From an uncultured Alphaproteobacteria bacterium (lineage in GTDB: Bacteria; Pseudomonadota; Alphaproteobacteria; RF32; CAG-239): a stretch of 64,000 bases of DNA. This document shows positions 1 to 11,029 of this stretch, piece after piece; within the stretch, counting starts at the first letter, position 1; each line of letters starts with the position of its first letter. The position numbers and the translations under genes are program-made. The stretch spans positions 4,627 to 68,626 of the forward strand of contig CALXWC010000003.1 of NCBI GenBank assembly GCA_944392265.1. Direction: 5' to 3'. The notes under the pieces are model-generated. The model had not been told where the DNA came from and did no database searches. It worked only from the letters and a program-made list of their open reading frames with translations.

Positions 1-30
1 GCCGCAACCGCTGCGACTTTAGCTGAATAA
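1..30 (+). CDS. 3' end of an unidentified CDS (frame 1 reads ...AATAATLAE-stop)
   Basis: Frame 1 is open from the window edge to TAA at 28-30. A terminator hairpin follows. No identity can be assigned from 9 residues. Confidence 0.3.
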   Translation, partial: AATAATLAE

Positions 31-50
31 TCATATAAAAGTTCAAGAAA

Positions 51-82
51 AGCACAGCGAGATAAAAGCTGTGCTTTTTTTG
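51..82 (+). terminator. rho-independent terminator
   Basis: Hairpin agcacagc / gctgtgct followed by a T-run. Confidence 0.7.
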
Positions 83-178
83 TATTCCGAATCTTTGTGC
101 AGAAATAAACTCCGTTATTGAGAATTGGTGGCAATTTATTAAAATAAAGAAAGTTTTATATGCTTTAAGGATGAAATT

Positions 179-1996
179 ATGACAACGTTTACTGAGCCGT
201 TTCCTGAAATAACAACAAAAAATCATAAAAAAATTAAAGTTGCTAAGCTGTTATCAAAATCATTGATTTATGCCTTTGCTTTGTTTGGTTTGATTTTTAT
301 TTTGATTTTATTTGCTGTTCTTGGAATGTTAAAGCCTCAAACACCATATGTGGCTAAAGTTCCAGACTCTGCAATATTGAAAATTGATTTTGATGAAGCA
401 TTTTCCGAATCTAACAGCAGTGATTTGATGATGGATTTTGCCGGCATAAAAAAGCAAAGCTTTTATGACTTGATTAAAACAATTAATATTGCGGCAATGG
501 ATAGTCGAATTAAAGCTTTGGTTGGAGAAGTGCATATTTCTTCTTTAGGAATTGCTCAAATTCAAGATTTAAGACAAACCATTGAAAATTTTAAGAAAAC
601 AGGCAAAAAAGCTTATTTATATTCTTCCGGTTTCGGTGCTTTGGGTGGGGGAACCAAAGAATATTATTTGGCAACGGCTTTTGATGAAATTGTGATTGCT
701 CCAAAAAGTGAAGTTGGAATAACAGGAATCGGAATTGAAGTTCCATTTTTTAAGAATGTTTTAGAAAAAATAGGTGTGAAGGCTGATTTTTATAGCAGAT
801 ATCAATATAAGACCGCTATGGATTCATTCACATCATCTAAAATGTCTGAGCCTTTTTATCAAGAAATGGATAAGTTGGGTGAGGGTGTTTATACACGTTT
901 GGTCTTTGATATGGCTCAAAAAAGAAATATTCCGACCCAACAGATGGAAGCTTTGATTGATCAGGCTCCTTTGTTTTCAGAAGAGGCTTTGGAAGCTAAA
1001 TTGGTTGATAAGATTATGTTTGGTCAAGATTTCTTGTCTCAATTAAAGACAGAATATAAAGCTAAATTTATTTCTTCTCAAGATTATGCAGCCAATATCG
1101 TTGACAATGCTAAAAAATTGCCAACCATTGCATTTTTGGTTATTGAAGGCATTATCACGGATGGAGAAAGCTCTGCCGATGCCCTGAACTCTGAAATTAT
1201 AACCGGTTCAGAAACGGTTTTAAAACAGATTGAAGATATTAAAAAGAATAAAAATATCAAAGCTGTGGTTGTGAGAGTAAATTCTCCGGGTGGAAGCTAT
1301 AATGCATCTAATGATATCTGGCATGCTCTTGAAAAATTAAAAGAAGAGAAAAAAATTCCCGTTATTGTTTCAATGGGAGATTATGCTGCATCGGGCGGAT
1401 ATTTTGTGGCTTTGGCCGGAAACAAAATTATTGCTGAACCAACAACGATTACAGGTTCAATCGGAGTGTTGGGCGGAAAGTTTGTTTTGGAAAACTTGTG
1501 GAAGAAATTGGATGTTAATTGGCAGAGAATGAATTTTGGTAAAAATGCCGGAATTTTGAGCTCAAACACGCAATTTTCTGAAAGCGAAAAACATATATTT
1601 AACAAATCGTTAGATATGGTTTATTCAGATTTTACTTCAAAAGTTGCAAAAGCCAGAAATATCTCAGAAGCAGACATGGATAAATTGGCTCGCGGTAGAG
1701 TTTGGCTTGGCGAACAAGCGTTGGAAAATCATTTGATTGATGCAATTGGCGGAATTGAAGTTGCTTTAACAACAGCTCAGGCGGAAGCAAAATTAAAGCC
1801 AAATGAAAAAATCAGAATAGAATTTTATCCTAAGGAGAAAACCTTACAGGAAAAAATTCAACAATTATTGCAAAATGGTCCGGCTGTTCAGGCTTTGCCT
1901 TTTGCAAGCTCTTGGCATAAAGAAATGGAGCAATTTAATTTGCTTAATCGCTTAAAATACAATGCTATTTTACCACCGATGCAAATTGATATGTAA
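179..1996 (+). CDS. sppA: signal peptide peptidase SppA (protease IV, 67K type)
   Basis: 605 aa with an N-terminal TM helix. Two ClpP/crotonase-like halves, with motifs VRVNSPGGS and GDYAASGGYF. AAGGA SD upstream. Confidence 0.9.
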   Translation: MTTFTEPFPEITTKNHKKIKVAKLLSKSLIYAFALFGLIFILILFAVLGMLKPQTPYVAKVPDSAILKIDFDEAFSESNSSDLMMDFAGIKKQSFYDLIKTINIAAMDSRIKALVGEVHISSLGIAQIQDLRQTIENFKKTGKKAYLYSSGFGALGGGTKEYYLATAFDEIVIAPKSEVGITGIGIEVPFFKNVLEKIGVKADFYSRYQYKTAMDSFTSSKMSEPFYQEMDKLGEGVYTRLVFDMAQKRNIPTQQMEALIDQAPLFSEEALEAKLVDKIMFGQDFLSQLKTEYKAKFISSQDYAANIVDNAKKLPTIAFLVIEGIITDGESSADALNSEIITGSETVLKQIEDIKKNKNIKAVVVRVNSPGGSYNASNDIWHALEKLKEEKKIPVIVSMGDYAASGGYFVALAGNKIIAEPTTITGSIGVLGGKFVLENLWKKLDVNWQRMNFGKNAGILSSNTQFSESEKHIFNKSLDMVYSDFTSKVAKARNISEADMDKLARGRVWLGEQALENHLIDAIGGIEVALTTAQAEAKLKPNEKIRIEFYPKEKTLQEKIQQLLQNGPAVQALPFASSWHKEMEQFNLLNRLKYNAILPPMQIDM

Positions 1997-2067
1997 AGTC
2001 AAGTTTTTTATTGCAAAATTCAAGAATTGTTCTATTTTTGTATAAGTTTAAAGTAGAGGATAAAAAT

Positions 2068-2355
2068 ATGGCCATAGATAGAGAAACTGTCAGACGAATT
2101 GCATTCCTTTCTCGTCTGAAAATTGAAGATGATAAAATTGAAGACACTGAAGATGAATTTAATAAAATCTTGAACTGGGTAGAACAGTTAAGCGAAGTAA
2201 ATACCGACGGTGTGGAACCTTTGGTTTCTGTTAATGATACAAACTTGACCTTGCGACAAGATGAGGTAACCGAAGGTAATCAATCAGCTGCTGTTTTGAA
2301 AAATGCACCGCAAGCTCAATACGGCTATTTCACCGTTCCGAAAGTTGTTGAATAA
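2068..2355 (+). CDS. gatC: Asp/Glu-tRNA(Asn/Gln) amidotransferase subunit C
   Basis: About 95 aa starting MAIDRETVRRIAFLSRLKI, immediately upstream of gatA and gatB. I preferred the ATG at 2068 to the upstream ORF-track start. Confidence 0.9.
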   Translation: MAIDRETVRRIAFLSRLKIEDDKIEDTEDEFNKILNWVEQLSEVNTDGVEPLVSVNDTNLTLRQDEVTEGNQSAAVLKNAPQAQYGYFTVPKVVE

Positions 2356-2376
2356 TATTAATAAAGGTTCAAGAAA

Positions 2377-3837
2377 ATGACAAAATTAACCGAACTGACA
2401 ATTGCTCAGGCAAGAGATGCCTTGAAGAAAAAAGAATTTAGCGCTGTTGAACTTACAAAAGCTTATATTGATGAAATGAACGACAAGCGCAAATATAATG
2501 CTTATGTGTTGGAAACGCCTGATGTGGCTTTGGCTCAAGCTCAAAAATCTGATGAAAAATATGCTAACGGTACTGATGGTGCATTAGAAGGTATTCCTTT
2601 GGGAATCAAAGATTTATATTGCACTAAAGATATTCGTACTACCGCTTGTTCTCATATCTTGGACGGTTTTGAGCCCCAATATGAGTCTACCGTAACAGCA
2701 AAACTTTTGAATGCAGGCGCCAGCTTTTTAGGTAAGCTGAATATGGATGAATTTGCCATGGGTGGTAGTAACGAAACCAGTTATTATGGTCCGGCCGTTA
2801 ACCCTTGGAGCAAAGATGTTCCGCTTGTTGCCGGAGGTTCTTCCGGTGGTTCGGCTGCAGCCGTTGCCGCAAATATGTGTGCTGCCGCCACAGGTACCGA
2901 TACCGGTGGTTCTATCCGTCAACCGTCTGCTTTTTGCGGCATTACAGGTATTAAACCGACATATGGTCGTTGCTCTCGTTATGGTATTATTGCTTTTGCA
3001 TCTTCATTGGACCAAGCTGGTCCGATGTGTAAAGATGTGCGTGACTGCGCTATTATGTTGAACGTTATGTCCGGTTATGATGCCAAAGATTCAACTTCTG
3101 CCAAAGTAGAAGTTCCAAACTTTGAAGCTTTCTTAAACCAAGATATTAAAGGTTTGAAAATTGGTATTCCGGCTGAATATCGTCCCGATGGTTTGAATGC
3201 CGAAATTTCTGCACTTTGGGATAAAGGTATTGAAATGCTTAAAGCCAGAGGTGCTGAAATTGTAAACATTTCTTTGCCGCACACTAAATATGCTTTGCCG
3301 ACATATTACATTATTGCTCCGGCTGAAGCATCTTCCAACTTGGCACGCTATGACGGCTTGCGCTATGGTTTGCGTGTGAACGGTGAACACCTTGATAATA
3401 TGTATATTAACAGCCGTACCGAAGGTTTTGGCAAAGAAGTTAAACGTCGTATCATGATTGGTACATATGTTCTTTCTGCCGGATATTATGACGCATATTA
3501 TCTCAAAGCACAAAAAGTTCGTCGTTTGATCCGTCAAGACTTTATCAATGCTTTTGAAAAATGCGACATTATTTTAACACCGACTTCTCCGGTTACCGCA
3601 TTTCCGATTGGTGATAAATCTATGCAGGAAAACCCGATTAATATGTGGCTCAATGACGTATTTACCGTTTCTGTCAACTTGGCTGGCTTACCGGCTATGA
3701 GCTTGCCGATGGGGCTTTCTCATGATGGTTTGCCTTTAGGTTTGCAACTCATTGGTAAAGCTTTTGATGAAGGAACAATCTTCAAAACCGCCAGCGCTTT
3801 GGAACAAGATGCCGCTTTTAGAAAAGGAATGAAATAA
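2377..3837 (+). CDS. gatA: Asp/Glu-tRNA(Asn/Gln) amidotransferase subunit A
   Basis: 486 aa with the amidase signature [12 protein letters not shown] and [11 protein letters not shown]. Confidence 0.95.
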   Translation: MTKLTELTIAQARDALKKKEFSAVELTKAYIDEMNDKRKYNAYVLETPDVALAQAQKSDEKYANGTDGALEGIPLGIKDLYCTKDIRTTACSHILDGFEPQYESTVTAKLLNAGASFLGKLNMDEFAMGGSNETSYYGPAVNPWSKDVPLVAGGSSGGSAAAVAANMCAAATGTDTGGSIRQPSAFCGITGIKPTYGRCSRYGIIAFASSLDQAGPMCKDVRDCAIMLNVMSGYDAKDSTSAKVEVPNFEAFLNQDIKGLKIGIPAEYRPDGLNAEISALWDKGIEMLKARGAEIVNISLPHTKYALPTYYIIAPAEASSNLARYDGLRYGLRVNGEHLDNMYINSRTEGFGKEVKRRIMIGTYVLSAGYYDAYYLKAQKVRRLIRQDFINAFEKCDIILTPTSPVTAFPIGDKSMQENPINMWLNDVFTVSVNLAGLPAMSLPMGLSHDGLPLGLQLIGKAFDEGTIFKTASALEQDAAFRKGMK

Positions 3838-5294
3838 TGACAGGTTTGATTATTGAAGGAAAAACCGCTTCTTGGGAAGTAATCTGCGGATTGGAAATTC
3901 ACTGTCAGATTATTTCAAAATCTAAAATGTTTTCAGGTGCTTCCACCCATTATGGTTCTGATGCCAACGAAAACGTTGCTTTTGTTGATGCCGGTATGCC
4001 CGGAATGTTGCCAACCTTGAATGAACGTTGTGTTTATCAGGCTGTTAAAACCGGTTTGGGCTTGAATGCAAAAATCAACAAATATTCTGAATTTGCTCGC
4101 AAAAACTATTTTTATGCCGATTTGCCGCAAGGTTACCAAATTAGCCAGTTCAAATATCCGATTGTGGGTGAGGGTCATGTAACCATTGATTTAAGCGATG
4201 GCACAAGCAAAGATATTGGTATTGAGCGTTTACATATTGAGCAAGATGCCGGAAAATCCATTCACGATATGGCTCCAGATAAAAGTTTTATCGATTTGAA
4301 CCGCGCCGGAGTAGGCTTGATGGAAATTGTAACCAAACCGGATTTCCGTTCTCCGGAAGAAGCAGGTGCATTCTTGCGCAAATTGCGTTCTATTGTTCGT
4401 TATCTTGGTACTTGCGATGGTAACATGGATGAAGGTTCAATGCGTTGTGATGTGAACGTATCTGTCCGTAAAGTTGGCGAAGAGGGGTATCGTACCCGTT
4501 GCGAAATGAAGAACGTTAACTCTGTTAAGTTTGTGATGCAAGCCATTGAAAATGAAGCAAAACGTCACGTCGAAGTTTATGAAAACGGTGGTAATATTGA
4601 GCAAGAAACGCGTCAGTTTGATCCATCTACCGGTTTGACTAAAGTTATGCGTAAAAAAGAATTTGCTCATGACTATCGTTATTTTCCGGAGCCGGATTTG
4701 TTGCCTTTGGTTTTGGATGATGACTACATCGCCAAAGTTAAGGCAGATATGGTTGAGCTTCCTGATGCCAAACGTGCCCGCTTTGTAAAAGAGCTTGGCT
4801 TAACCGCATATGATGCTTCTGTTATCTGCGAAAACAAAGAAACTGCAGATTTCTTTGAAAGAGCAGCTCAAGGCCATGACGCTAAAAAGGTTGCCAACTG
4901 GTTGATGGGTGATTTCTTTGCAATGCTTAATGAAAAGAAAGTAGAACTTAAAGATTCTCCCGTAAGTGCCGAAAATCTCGGAAAACTTGTTGAACTTATT
5001 ACTTCTAATGTAATTAACGGAAAAACAGCTAAAGATGTTTTTGCTATCATGGCAGAAACCGGTGGTGATCCTGAAAAAATCGTTGAAGAAAAAGGGTTGA
5101 AACAAGTTACCGATATGGGTGCTATTGAAGCAATTGTTGATGAAGTGATTGCTTCAGCTCCTGATAATGTGGCTGCTTACAAAGCCGGAAAGAATAACCT
5201 TTTGGGTTGGTTTGTCGGACAAGTGATGAAAAAATCACAAGGCAAAGCTAACCCTGCAATTGTTAATAAAATGATTGCCGAAAAATTGAATTAA
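3837..5294 (+). CDS. gatB: Asp/Glu-tRNA(Asn/Gln) amidotransferase subunit B
   Basis: 485 aa. N-terminus [13 protein letters not shown] and a GatB/YqeY C-terminal region. TAATG overlap with gatA. Confidence 0.95.
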   Translation: MTGLIIEGKTASWEVICGLEIHCQIISKSKMFSGASTHYGSDANENVAFVDAGMPGMLPTLNERCVYQAVKTGLGLNAKINKYSEFARKNYFYADLPQGYQISQFKYPIVGEGHVTIDLSDGTSKDIGIERLHIEQDAGKSIHDMAPDKSFIDLNRAGVGLMEIVTKPDFRSPEEAGAFLRKLRSIVRYLGTCDGNMDEGSMRCDVNVSVRKVGEEGYRTRCEMKNVNSVKFVMQAIENEAKRHVEVYENGGNIEQETRQFDPSTGLTKVMRKKEFAHDYRYFPEPDLLPLVLDDDYIAKVKADMVELPDAKRARFVKELGLTAYDASVICENKETADFFERAAQGHDAKKVANWLMGDFFAMLNEKKVELKDSPVSAENLGKLVELITSNVINGKTAKDVFAIMAETGGDPEKIVEEKGLKQVTDMGAIEAIVDEVIASAPDNVAAYKAGKNNLLGWFVGQVMKKSQGKANPAIVNKMIAEKLN

Positions 5295-5300
5295 TATAAC

Positions 5301-5325
5301 GGGGCGGATTTCCGCCCCTTATTAA
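5301..5325 (+). terminator. probable terminator after gatB
   Basis: GC-rich hairpin ggggcgg attt ccgcccc followed by a T-rich tail (ttatt). Confidence 0.6.
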
Positions 5326-5340
5326 ACTTTGAGATTTTTG

Positions 5341-5907
5341 ATGGAATTTTTAGACTTTTTGCAAAATTATCAAGCTTTTGACGAGGAAGAAGAGGCTGAA
5401 CGTCAGGAAATAATCCAATTTATTAATGCATTTGGAGATAAAGCTTTTGACCGAGATAATTTGGTTGGGCATTTTTCGGCATCTGCTTGGATTGTAAACA
5501 AAGAGCATACTAAAGTTTTGATGATTTATCATAATATGTTTAATACTTGGGCTTGGGTTGGCGGTCATGCCGACGGGGATAAAGATTTGCTTCACGTTGC
5601 TCTTAAAGAAACAGAAGAAGAAACGGGCTTAGCAAATGTTAAACCTTTATTTGATACACCGATTGATGTGAATATGTTGGTGGTGCATAATCACTACAAA
5701 AGAGGAAAATTTGTGCCAAGACATCTTCATCCTAATATCGTCTATCTGCTGGAAGCTGATGAAAATGCTCCTGTTCGTAAAAAAGAAGATGAAAACTCAG
5801 GTGTGAAATGGATTGCATTTGATGAAATTAATGATTATGTATCAAACGAATATACAAAAGTTTATTATGACCGCATTATCAAAAAAATGAAAAGGAATAA
5901 ATGGTAA
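5341..5907 (+). CDS. NUDIX hydrolase
   Basis: Nudix box GGHADGDKDLLHVALKETEEETG. Start taken at ATG 5341; the ORF track begins at TTG 5329. Confidence 0.8.
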   Translation: MEFLDFLQNYQAFDEEEEAERQEIIQFINAFGDKAFDRDNLVGHFSASAWIVNKEHTKVLMIYHNMFNTWAWVGGHADGDKDLLHVALKETEEETGLANVKPLFDTPIDVNMLVVHNHYKRGKFVPRHLHPNIVYLLEADENAPVRKKEDENSGVKWIAFDEINDYVSNEYTKVYYDRIIKKMKRNKW

Positions 5908-5908
5908 A

Positions 5909-6682
5909 ATGACTAATGTTTTTATTGAAGGACTTCTCGCATCGCTTATTGCCGGAGTAGTTACCGGTATTGGCGGTTTTATGATTTTTTTGAAAAAAAA
6001 ATATAGCCAAAACGATATTAACTTTATGCTTAACTTGGCTGCAGGAGTTATGTTGGCTGCATCTTTCTTTGCACTTCTTGTTCCTTCTATGGGAAAAATT
6101 TTGCAATTTGATCCGGATATTCATATTGCGGCATTATGGTATAGCTTGGCTGTGTTTGCCGGTGTGGCTTTGGTGTGGATACTTAATGCCTTGTTGCCTC
6201 ATGAACATAATCATATGGGCTCACATGGTCCCCATATCAGCTTGAAAAAAGCGTGGCTCTTTATTATTGCCATCACTCTTCACAAACTCCCCGAAGGATT
6301 GGCTGTCGGCGTGGCTTTTAGTGCGGAAGATTTTATAAATCCATTGAGCTTGGTTATTGGTATTGCTCTTCATAATATTCCGGAAGGTTTGACTATTGCC
6401 ATTTCTTTGGTTGGTGCTAATGTTTCCAGATTAAAGGCTGCACTGACTGCTTTGCTTATTGGAATGGTTCAGCCAATTGGTGCGATTGTTGGGCTTCTTA
6501 CCATGGATATCAGCGATAAAATTGTTCCTCTTGGTATGGCTATGGCCGGCGGCACACTGTTGTTTGTGGTTATTAATGAAATTTTGCCGGAAACTTACGG
6601 ATTTAAACGCACAACAAAATCTGCTTTTGCCGTATTTTTTGGTTTTATCTTTATGACTTATCTTTCTATGGTCTTAGATTGA
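5909..6682 (+). CDS. zupT: ZIP-family divalent metal (zinc) transporter, ZupT-like
   Basis: 257 aa polytopic protein with paired motifs HKLPEGLAVG and HNIPEGLTIA. Confidence 0.8.
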   Translation: MTNVFIEGLLASLIAGVVTGIGGFMIFLKKKYSQNDINFMLNLAAGVMLAASFFALLVPSMGKILQFDPDIHIAALWYSLAVFAGVALVWILNALLPHEHNHMGSHGPHISLKKAWLFIIAITLHKLPEGLAVGVAFSAEDFINPLSLVIGIALHNIPEGLTIAISLVGANVSRLKAALTALLIGMVQPIGAIVGLLTMDISDKIVPLGMAMAGGTLLFVVINEILPETYGFKRTTKSAFAVFFGFIFMTYLSMVLD

Positions 6683-6757
6683 TAAAAAATGTTTATTTTT
6701 TAATTTTTATGTTGACGAGTGGCAAAACATAATATAAATATATCTGCGTACCACGAT

Positions 6758-6845
6758 GGAGAGTTGGCAGAGTGGTAATGCAGCGGATTGCTAATCCGTC
6801 ATCGGGAATACCGATGCACAGGTTCGAGTCCTGTACTCTCCGCCA
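6758..6845 (+). tRNA. tRNA-Ser (anticodon GCU)
   Basis: Hand-folded cloverleaf. Acceptor GGAGAGT/ACTCTCC, anticodon loop TTGCTAA, long variable arm ATCGG-GAATA-CCGAT, T-arm ACAGG-TTCGAGT-CCTGT, encoded CCA. Confidence 0.9.
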
Positions 6846-6850
6846 CTAAG

Positions 6851-6875
6851 AAGCACCGTTAAGGTGCTTTTTTTA
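6851..6875 (+). terminator. terminator after tRNA-Ser
   Basis: Hairpin agcacc gttaa ggtgct followed by TTTTTTT. Confidence 0.8.
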
Positions 6876-6901
6876 TGTCATCTTTTTTTGGGGAAGAACA
6901 G

Positions 6902-8449
6902 ATGAAAAATTCAACCGGTTTGTTATTGACTTGCGCATTTTGTTTATGTTGTTTTTCCGGATTTACTTACGCAAAGAAAAATACGGAACAACAATTTTCT
7001 TTTAATGATGTTATTCTAAAAGCTAAAGAAATTTCATCTCATCCATACAGAGATAACAGAGCTGTTTTACCGGCTGTATTGGCAAATATGCGTTATGAAG
7101 AATATAGCAAAATCCATTTTCTTCCCGAAAAAGCCCTTTGGCATGAAGATGAACTTCCCTTTGAGGCGCAATTTTATCATTTAGGCGGATTGTTTCAAAA
7201 TCCGGTGATTATTAACGAAATTAACGACGGTAAAGTTAGTGAAATTGTGTATGATTTTCATAATTTTAATTTTGGTGAAAATCAGCTTCCGTTTGAAAAT
7301 ATTGATCAACACATTGGTTATGCCGGTTTTAGATTGCAGTATCCATTGAATACTGATTTTTATGATGAATTGATTTCTTTTTTGGGCGCAAGTTATTTTC
7401 GTTCTATGGCTAAAGGTCAACGTTATGGACTTTCGGCTCGTGGTTTGGGAATTAATACGGCAGAAAAATCTCCAGAAGAATTCCCGCTGTTTAAGGAGTT
7501 TTGGTTAACTCGTCCGGATGATGATGACGTTAAGGTTTATGCTTTGTTAGATAGCCCAAGCATTGCCGGTGCATATAATTTTAATATTGTTCCGGGTAAA
7601 GAAACAATTATAGATGTTGAGGCTGTGCTTTTTCCTCGTGTGAATATCAGCAAACTTGAGATAGCACCTTTGACCTCAATGTTCTTGTACGGAGAAAACA
7701 CAAAAATCCGTTTTGATGATTATCGTCCTGAAGTTCATGACAGCGACGGTTTGCTTGTGGTTAACGGAAACGGTGAAAAAATATGGCGTCCGTTGGATAA
7801 TTCTGAACACCTGCGCTTAAGCTCTTTTGTAGATAATAATCCTAAAGGATTTGGTTTGATGCAACGAGATAGAAACCCACGTCATTATCTTGATCCAGAA
7901 GCTGCTTATGATTTGCGTCCAAGCTTGTGGATTGAGCCTTTAGAAAATTGGGGCAGGGGTAAAGTTCAGTTGGCTGAGCTTCCTTCCATTGATGAAACAA
8001 ATGATAATGTTGTGGCTTATTGGGTGCCGGATATGCCGATTGAAGCCCAAAAAGAATATCATTTTAAATATCGTATGCATTGGGTAAATGAAGCTCCGGT
8101 TATGACAGATTTGGCAAAAGTTTATGCCACATATAACGGTATGGGCGGAGATGGTTTGGCCGGAGAATATTTGCGCCATAAACGTAAATATGTGATTGAT
8201 TTTGTTGATTTTGATATTGAAAACTTAAAACAAGAAATTGAAAATGGTAATATTTGGGCGGACATTTCAAATCAGGCCGGAACCATTACAAATGTAAAAT
8301 TAATGTACACACCGGATATTAATGGAGCAACGCTGTATTTTGATTTTGAGCCAAATAAAGAAATTATAGAACTTAGAGTGTTGCTCAGAGATAAAGCTCA
8401 TGATAATCGTCCGATTTCTGAGATTTGGAGCTATCAATGGTGGAAATAA
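6902..8449 (+). CDS. opgG: periplasmic glucan biosynthesis protein OpgG/MdoG (or OpgD paralog)
   Basis: About 515 aa with a Sec signal peptide. MdoG-like blocks GYAGFRLQYPLN and SYFRSMAKGQRYGLSARGLGINT. Start moved to ATG 6902 (GGGGAAG SD) because ATG 6875 lies in the terminator T-run. Confidence 0.85.
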   Translation: MKNSTGLLLTCAFCLCCFSGFTYAKKNTEQQFSFNDVILKAKEISSHPYRDNRAVLPAVLANMRYEEYSKIHFLPEKALWHEDELPFEAQFYHLGGLFQNPVIINEINDGKVSEIVYDFHNFNFGENQLPFENIDQHIGYAGFRLQYPLNTDFYDELISFLGASYFRSMAKGQRYGLSARGLGINTAEKSPEEFPLFKEFWLTRPDDDDVKVYALLDSPSIAGAYNFNIVPGKETIIDVEAVLFPRVNISKLEIAPLTSMFLYGENTKIRFDDYRPEVHDSDGLLVVNGNGEKIWRPLDNSEHLRLSSFVDNNPKGFGLMQRDRNPRHYLDPEAAYDLRPSLWIEPLENWGRGKVQLAELPSIDETNDNVVAYWVPDMPIEAQKEYHFKYRMHWVNEAPVMTDLAKVYATYNGMGGDGLAGEYLRHKRKYVIDFVDFDIENLKQEIENGNIWADISNQAGTITNVKLMYTPDINGATLYFDFEPNKEIIELRVLLRDKAHDNRPISEIWSYQWWK

Positions 8450-8515
8450 AATAATACTTGTTTTCTCAAATTTTTTGTATTATCTTCCTTTGCATATTTT
8501 CTATTATTAAATCTT

Positions 8516-8776
8516 ATGCATATGGAAAAGAAAGATTATTCTGAGAAGATGAAAAAGCTGTTGCGCACTTGGGGCGTTCTTGCTGTTGTTATGCTTTTTT
8601 GCGGTATTGTAATTAAAGAAATAAGCAAAGCTTTCTTAGCTACATTTGCCGTTTTTTTTGTTTTTGCCGGTATTGCAATTCTTTTAGGTTGGGATCGTTT
8701 TGTATCTTACGGTGATACAGAAATCCATAGCTCACCGACAAGAAATGACTTTGAAGAGTTTGATGATCTAGATTAA
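8516..8776 (+). CDS. small membrane protein (2 predicted TM helices), unknown function
   Basis: 86 aa with two hydrophobic segments and an acidic C-terminus. No recognised domain. Confidence 0.5.
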   Translation: MHMEKKDYSEKMKKLLRTWGVLAVVMLFCGIVIKEISKAFLATFAVFFVFAGIAILLGWDRFVSYGDTEIHSSPTRNDFEEFDDLD

Positions 8777-8785
8777 CTAAAAAAA

Positions 8786-8813
8786 AGAGCACTTAAAAAA
8801 GTGCTCTTTTTTT
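8786..8813. terminator. bidirectional terminator between convergent genes
   Basis: Hairpin agagcac ttaaaaaa gtgctct flanked by an A-run and a T-run. Confidence 0.75.
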
Positions 8814-9768
8814 ATTGAATTTTTTGCTTTAAGAAGCCTTCAATATCTTTTTGATTTTCCCATTTTATTTCGATTTCAAGTGTGTTGAAATTTTTTTGCA
8901 GATTTTGCGGAATTTTTACAAAATCTTTGCTTGTTGTATAAAGCTTTGCATCTGACTTTTTAGCTTTTAAAATTAAATCTAGAAGCTCTTTTTCTTGATA
9001 TTGATGATGGTCTGGAAAATCAATTGTCTCAATAATTTCAAAACCACATTCTTTTAGGGAGTTATAGAATTTTTCGGGACGACCGATTCCTGCAAAAGCT
9101 ATAACTTTTTTATCTGTGTTATCAGGAATTTTGGGAACAACTTTGCCTTTGAATATTGGTTTATTGGTAATTTGCTTTGATAAACCGACCTTGTCTTCTC
9201 CCAAAATTATGATGGCTTGTGCTCTTTTTAATCCTTCTGATAAGGACTCTCTCATAGGGCCTGCCGGAATGCCAAAACCGTTACCACATCCGAATTCTCC
9301 GTCAAAAACCAAAAAAGATATATCTTTTTTTAAGCTTTGATTTTGAAAACCATCATCCATAATAATGATGTCTGCTCCGTTTTCGATGGCTTTTTTTGCA
9401 GCCTCAAAACGGTTTGGATTAACAACAATCGGCGCCTCATATGACAAAAGGAGCGGTTCATCACCGACTTCTTGTGGTGTGTGGATTTTATTGTTAACCA
9501 AAACACCGTGAAGTTTCCCGCCATAGCCTCTTGAAACAAAAAACGGATTGTATCCCATTTTTTTTAACATATGGGCAATGCTGATTGAAGTAGGGGTTTT
9601 TCCACTTCCTCCGGCAGTAACATTTCCAATACAAATGACCTTTTTTTCAACAGATTTTGGGGTTTTGGTCTTTATGTTTAGATAACTGGCTAAAAGATAC
9701 AACTTTCCCATCGGATAAAGAAGGAGAGATAAAATATTCTTATTTTTCCAATGAGTAGGCGTTTTCAT
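8812..9768 (-). CDS. lpxK: tetraacyldisaccharide 4'-kinase
   Basis: 318 aa with P-loop GNVTAGGSGKTP, directly downstream of waaA. Confidence 0.9.
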   Translation of the reverse strand: MKTPTHWKNKNILSLLLYPMGKLYLLASYLNIKTKTPKSVEKKVICIGNVTAGGSGKTPTSISIAHMLKKMGYNPFFVSRGYGGKLHGVLVNNKIHTPQEVGDEPLLLSYEAPIVVNPNRFEAAKKAIENGADIIIMDDGFQNQSLKKDISFLVFDGEFGCGNGFGIPAGPMRESLSEGLKRAQAIIILGEDKVGLSKQITNKPIFKGKVVPKIPDNTDKKVIAFAGIGRPEKFYNSLKECGFEIIETIDFPDHHQYQEKELLDLILKAKKSDAKLYTTSKDFVKIPQNLQKNFNTLEIEIKWENQKDIEGFLKQKIQ

Positions 9769-9769
9769 C

Positions 9770-11029
9770 TTAGAGATATTCCTTTATTACCTTAACAATA
9801 CCGTCCAAAACTTGAGCTTCACTTTGAGCCCAGAGATAAGCTTTTTCTTGCTTGTCTTTAAGCTCATTTGCATTTTGGAGCAAAGAAACAACCTTTTGAG
9901 TTAATTCTTTGGCATCTTTAACTTGAGTAATGGCCTGAGCTTCTGTGGCGCGTTCAGTTGCTTCCGTAAAGTTTTGGGTGTTTGGACCAACAAAAACAGC
10001 ATCATGGAAACGACATGGCTCAATGAAGTTTTGACCACCATGCGGAATTAATGAACCACCAATGAAAATAATTGGAGCAATATCATACCAGATACCAACT
10101 TCACCAATTGTATCGGCAATATAAACATCTGTTTTTGCTTCAATCGGTTCATTTTTGCTTCTAAGAGCCGTGCTTAATCCTAATTTTGAGAGTTGCTCTT
10201 GGATGGTAACACCTCTTTGAGGGTGTCTTGGAGCAATTAATGTAAAAAGATTAGGAATTTGCTTTTTCATTTCAGCAATATATTGGCCGATTTGTTCCTC
10301 TTCATTATTGTGGGTTGAAATGACACCCCAGAGTGGTCTATTACCAATTTGATTTACAATATTTTGTTTTTTGTCAGCATCAACAGGCGGATTAAATCCG
10401 GCATATTTTAAGTTTCCTAAATATTGAGCATCTTTTGCACCGATAGCGTTAAGACGTCTGGTATCTTCTTTAGATTGACCTAAACACAAATCAAAGCAAT
10501 CTAACATCTCTTTGCTGAAAAATTTGAACATTTTCCAATGTTTGAACGCTTTGTCTGCAATTCTACCGTTTACCAAAACCAAAGGAATTTTGTTTTTATG
10601 AATTTCAGAAATCAAAGAAGGCCAGAGTTCAGCTTCAAACCACAAAGCTAAATCAGGTTGCCAATGCTGAATAAAGTTTTTTACAAATTTTGGATTGTCA
10701 ATCGGAATATATTGGTGAAATGCTCTTTCAGGCAATCTTTTAGACATTACATCTGCAGATGTAACGGTTCCGCTTGTGACCATGACATGAATGTTTTTAT
10801 CTTCTTTTAAGATTTTATCAATTAAGGGAAGCATGGATATTGTTTCACCAACTGAAGCACCGTGCATCCAAATTAATTTTCCTTCCGGGCGAGGAAGTTT
10901 GGGTTGACCTAATCTTTCATTTAATCTGTTAGGATCTTCTTTGCCGATTTTTATTCTTTTTTTAATATAAGGATGTATAAAAACAGGATATGAAACTTGG
11001 ATAAGGGCTTTATAAATATCAATTAGCAT
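9770..11029 (-). CDS. waaA: 3-deoxy-D-manno-octulosonic acid (Kdo) transferase
   Basis: 419 aa with motif IWMHGASVGE near the N-terminus and a GT-B-like C-terminal half. Confidence 0.9.
   Translation of the reverse strand: MLIDIYKALIQVSYPVFIHPYIKKRIKIGKEDPNRLNERLGQPKLPRPEGKLIWMHGASVGETISMLPLIDKILKEDKNIHVMVTSGTVTSADVMSKRLPERAFHQYIPIDNPKFVKNFIQHWQPDLALWFEAELWPSLISEIHKNKIPLVLVNGRIADKAFKHWKMFKFFSKEMLDCFDLCLGQSKEDTRRLNAIGAKDAQYLGNLKYAGFNPPVDADKKQNIVNQIGNRPLWGVISTHNNEEEQIGQYIAEMKKQIPNLFTLIAPRHPQRGVTIQEQLSKLGLSTALRSKNEPIEAKTDVYIADTIGEVGIWYDIAPIIFIGGSLIPHGGQNFIEPCRFHDAVFVGPNTQNFTEATERATEAQAITQVKDAKELTQKVVSLLQNANELKDKQEKAYLWAQSEAQVLDGIVKVIKEYL

Noticed and set aside
6875-6901. The upstream ATG (6875) as the opgG start.
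   Set aside because: That ATG sits in the T-run of the tRNA-Ser terminator and lacks an SD. ATG 6902 is preceded by GGGGAAG and begins a normal signal peptide.
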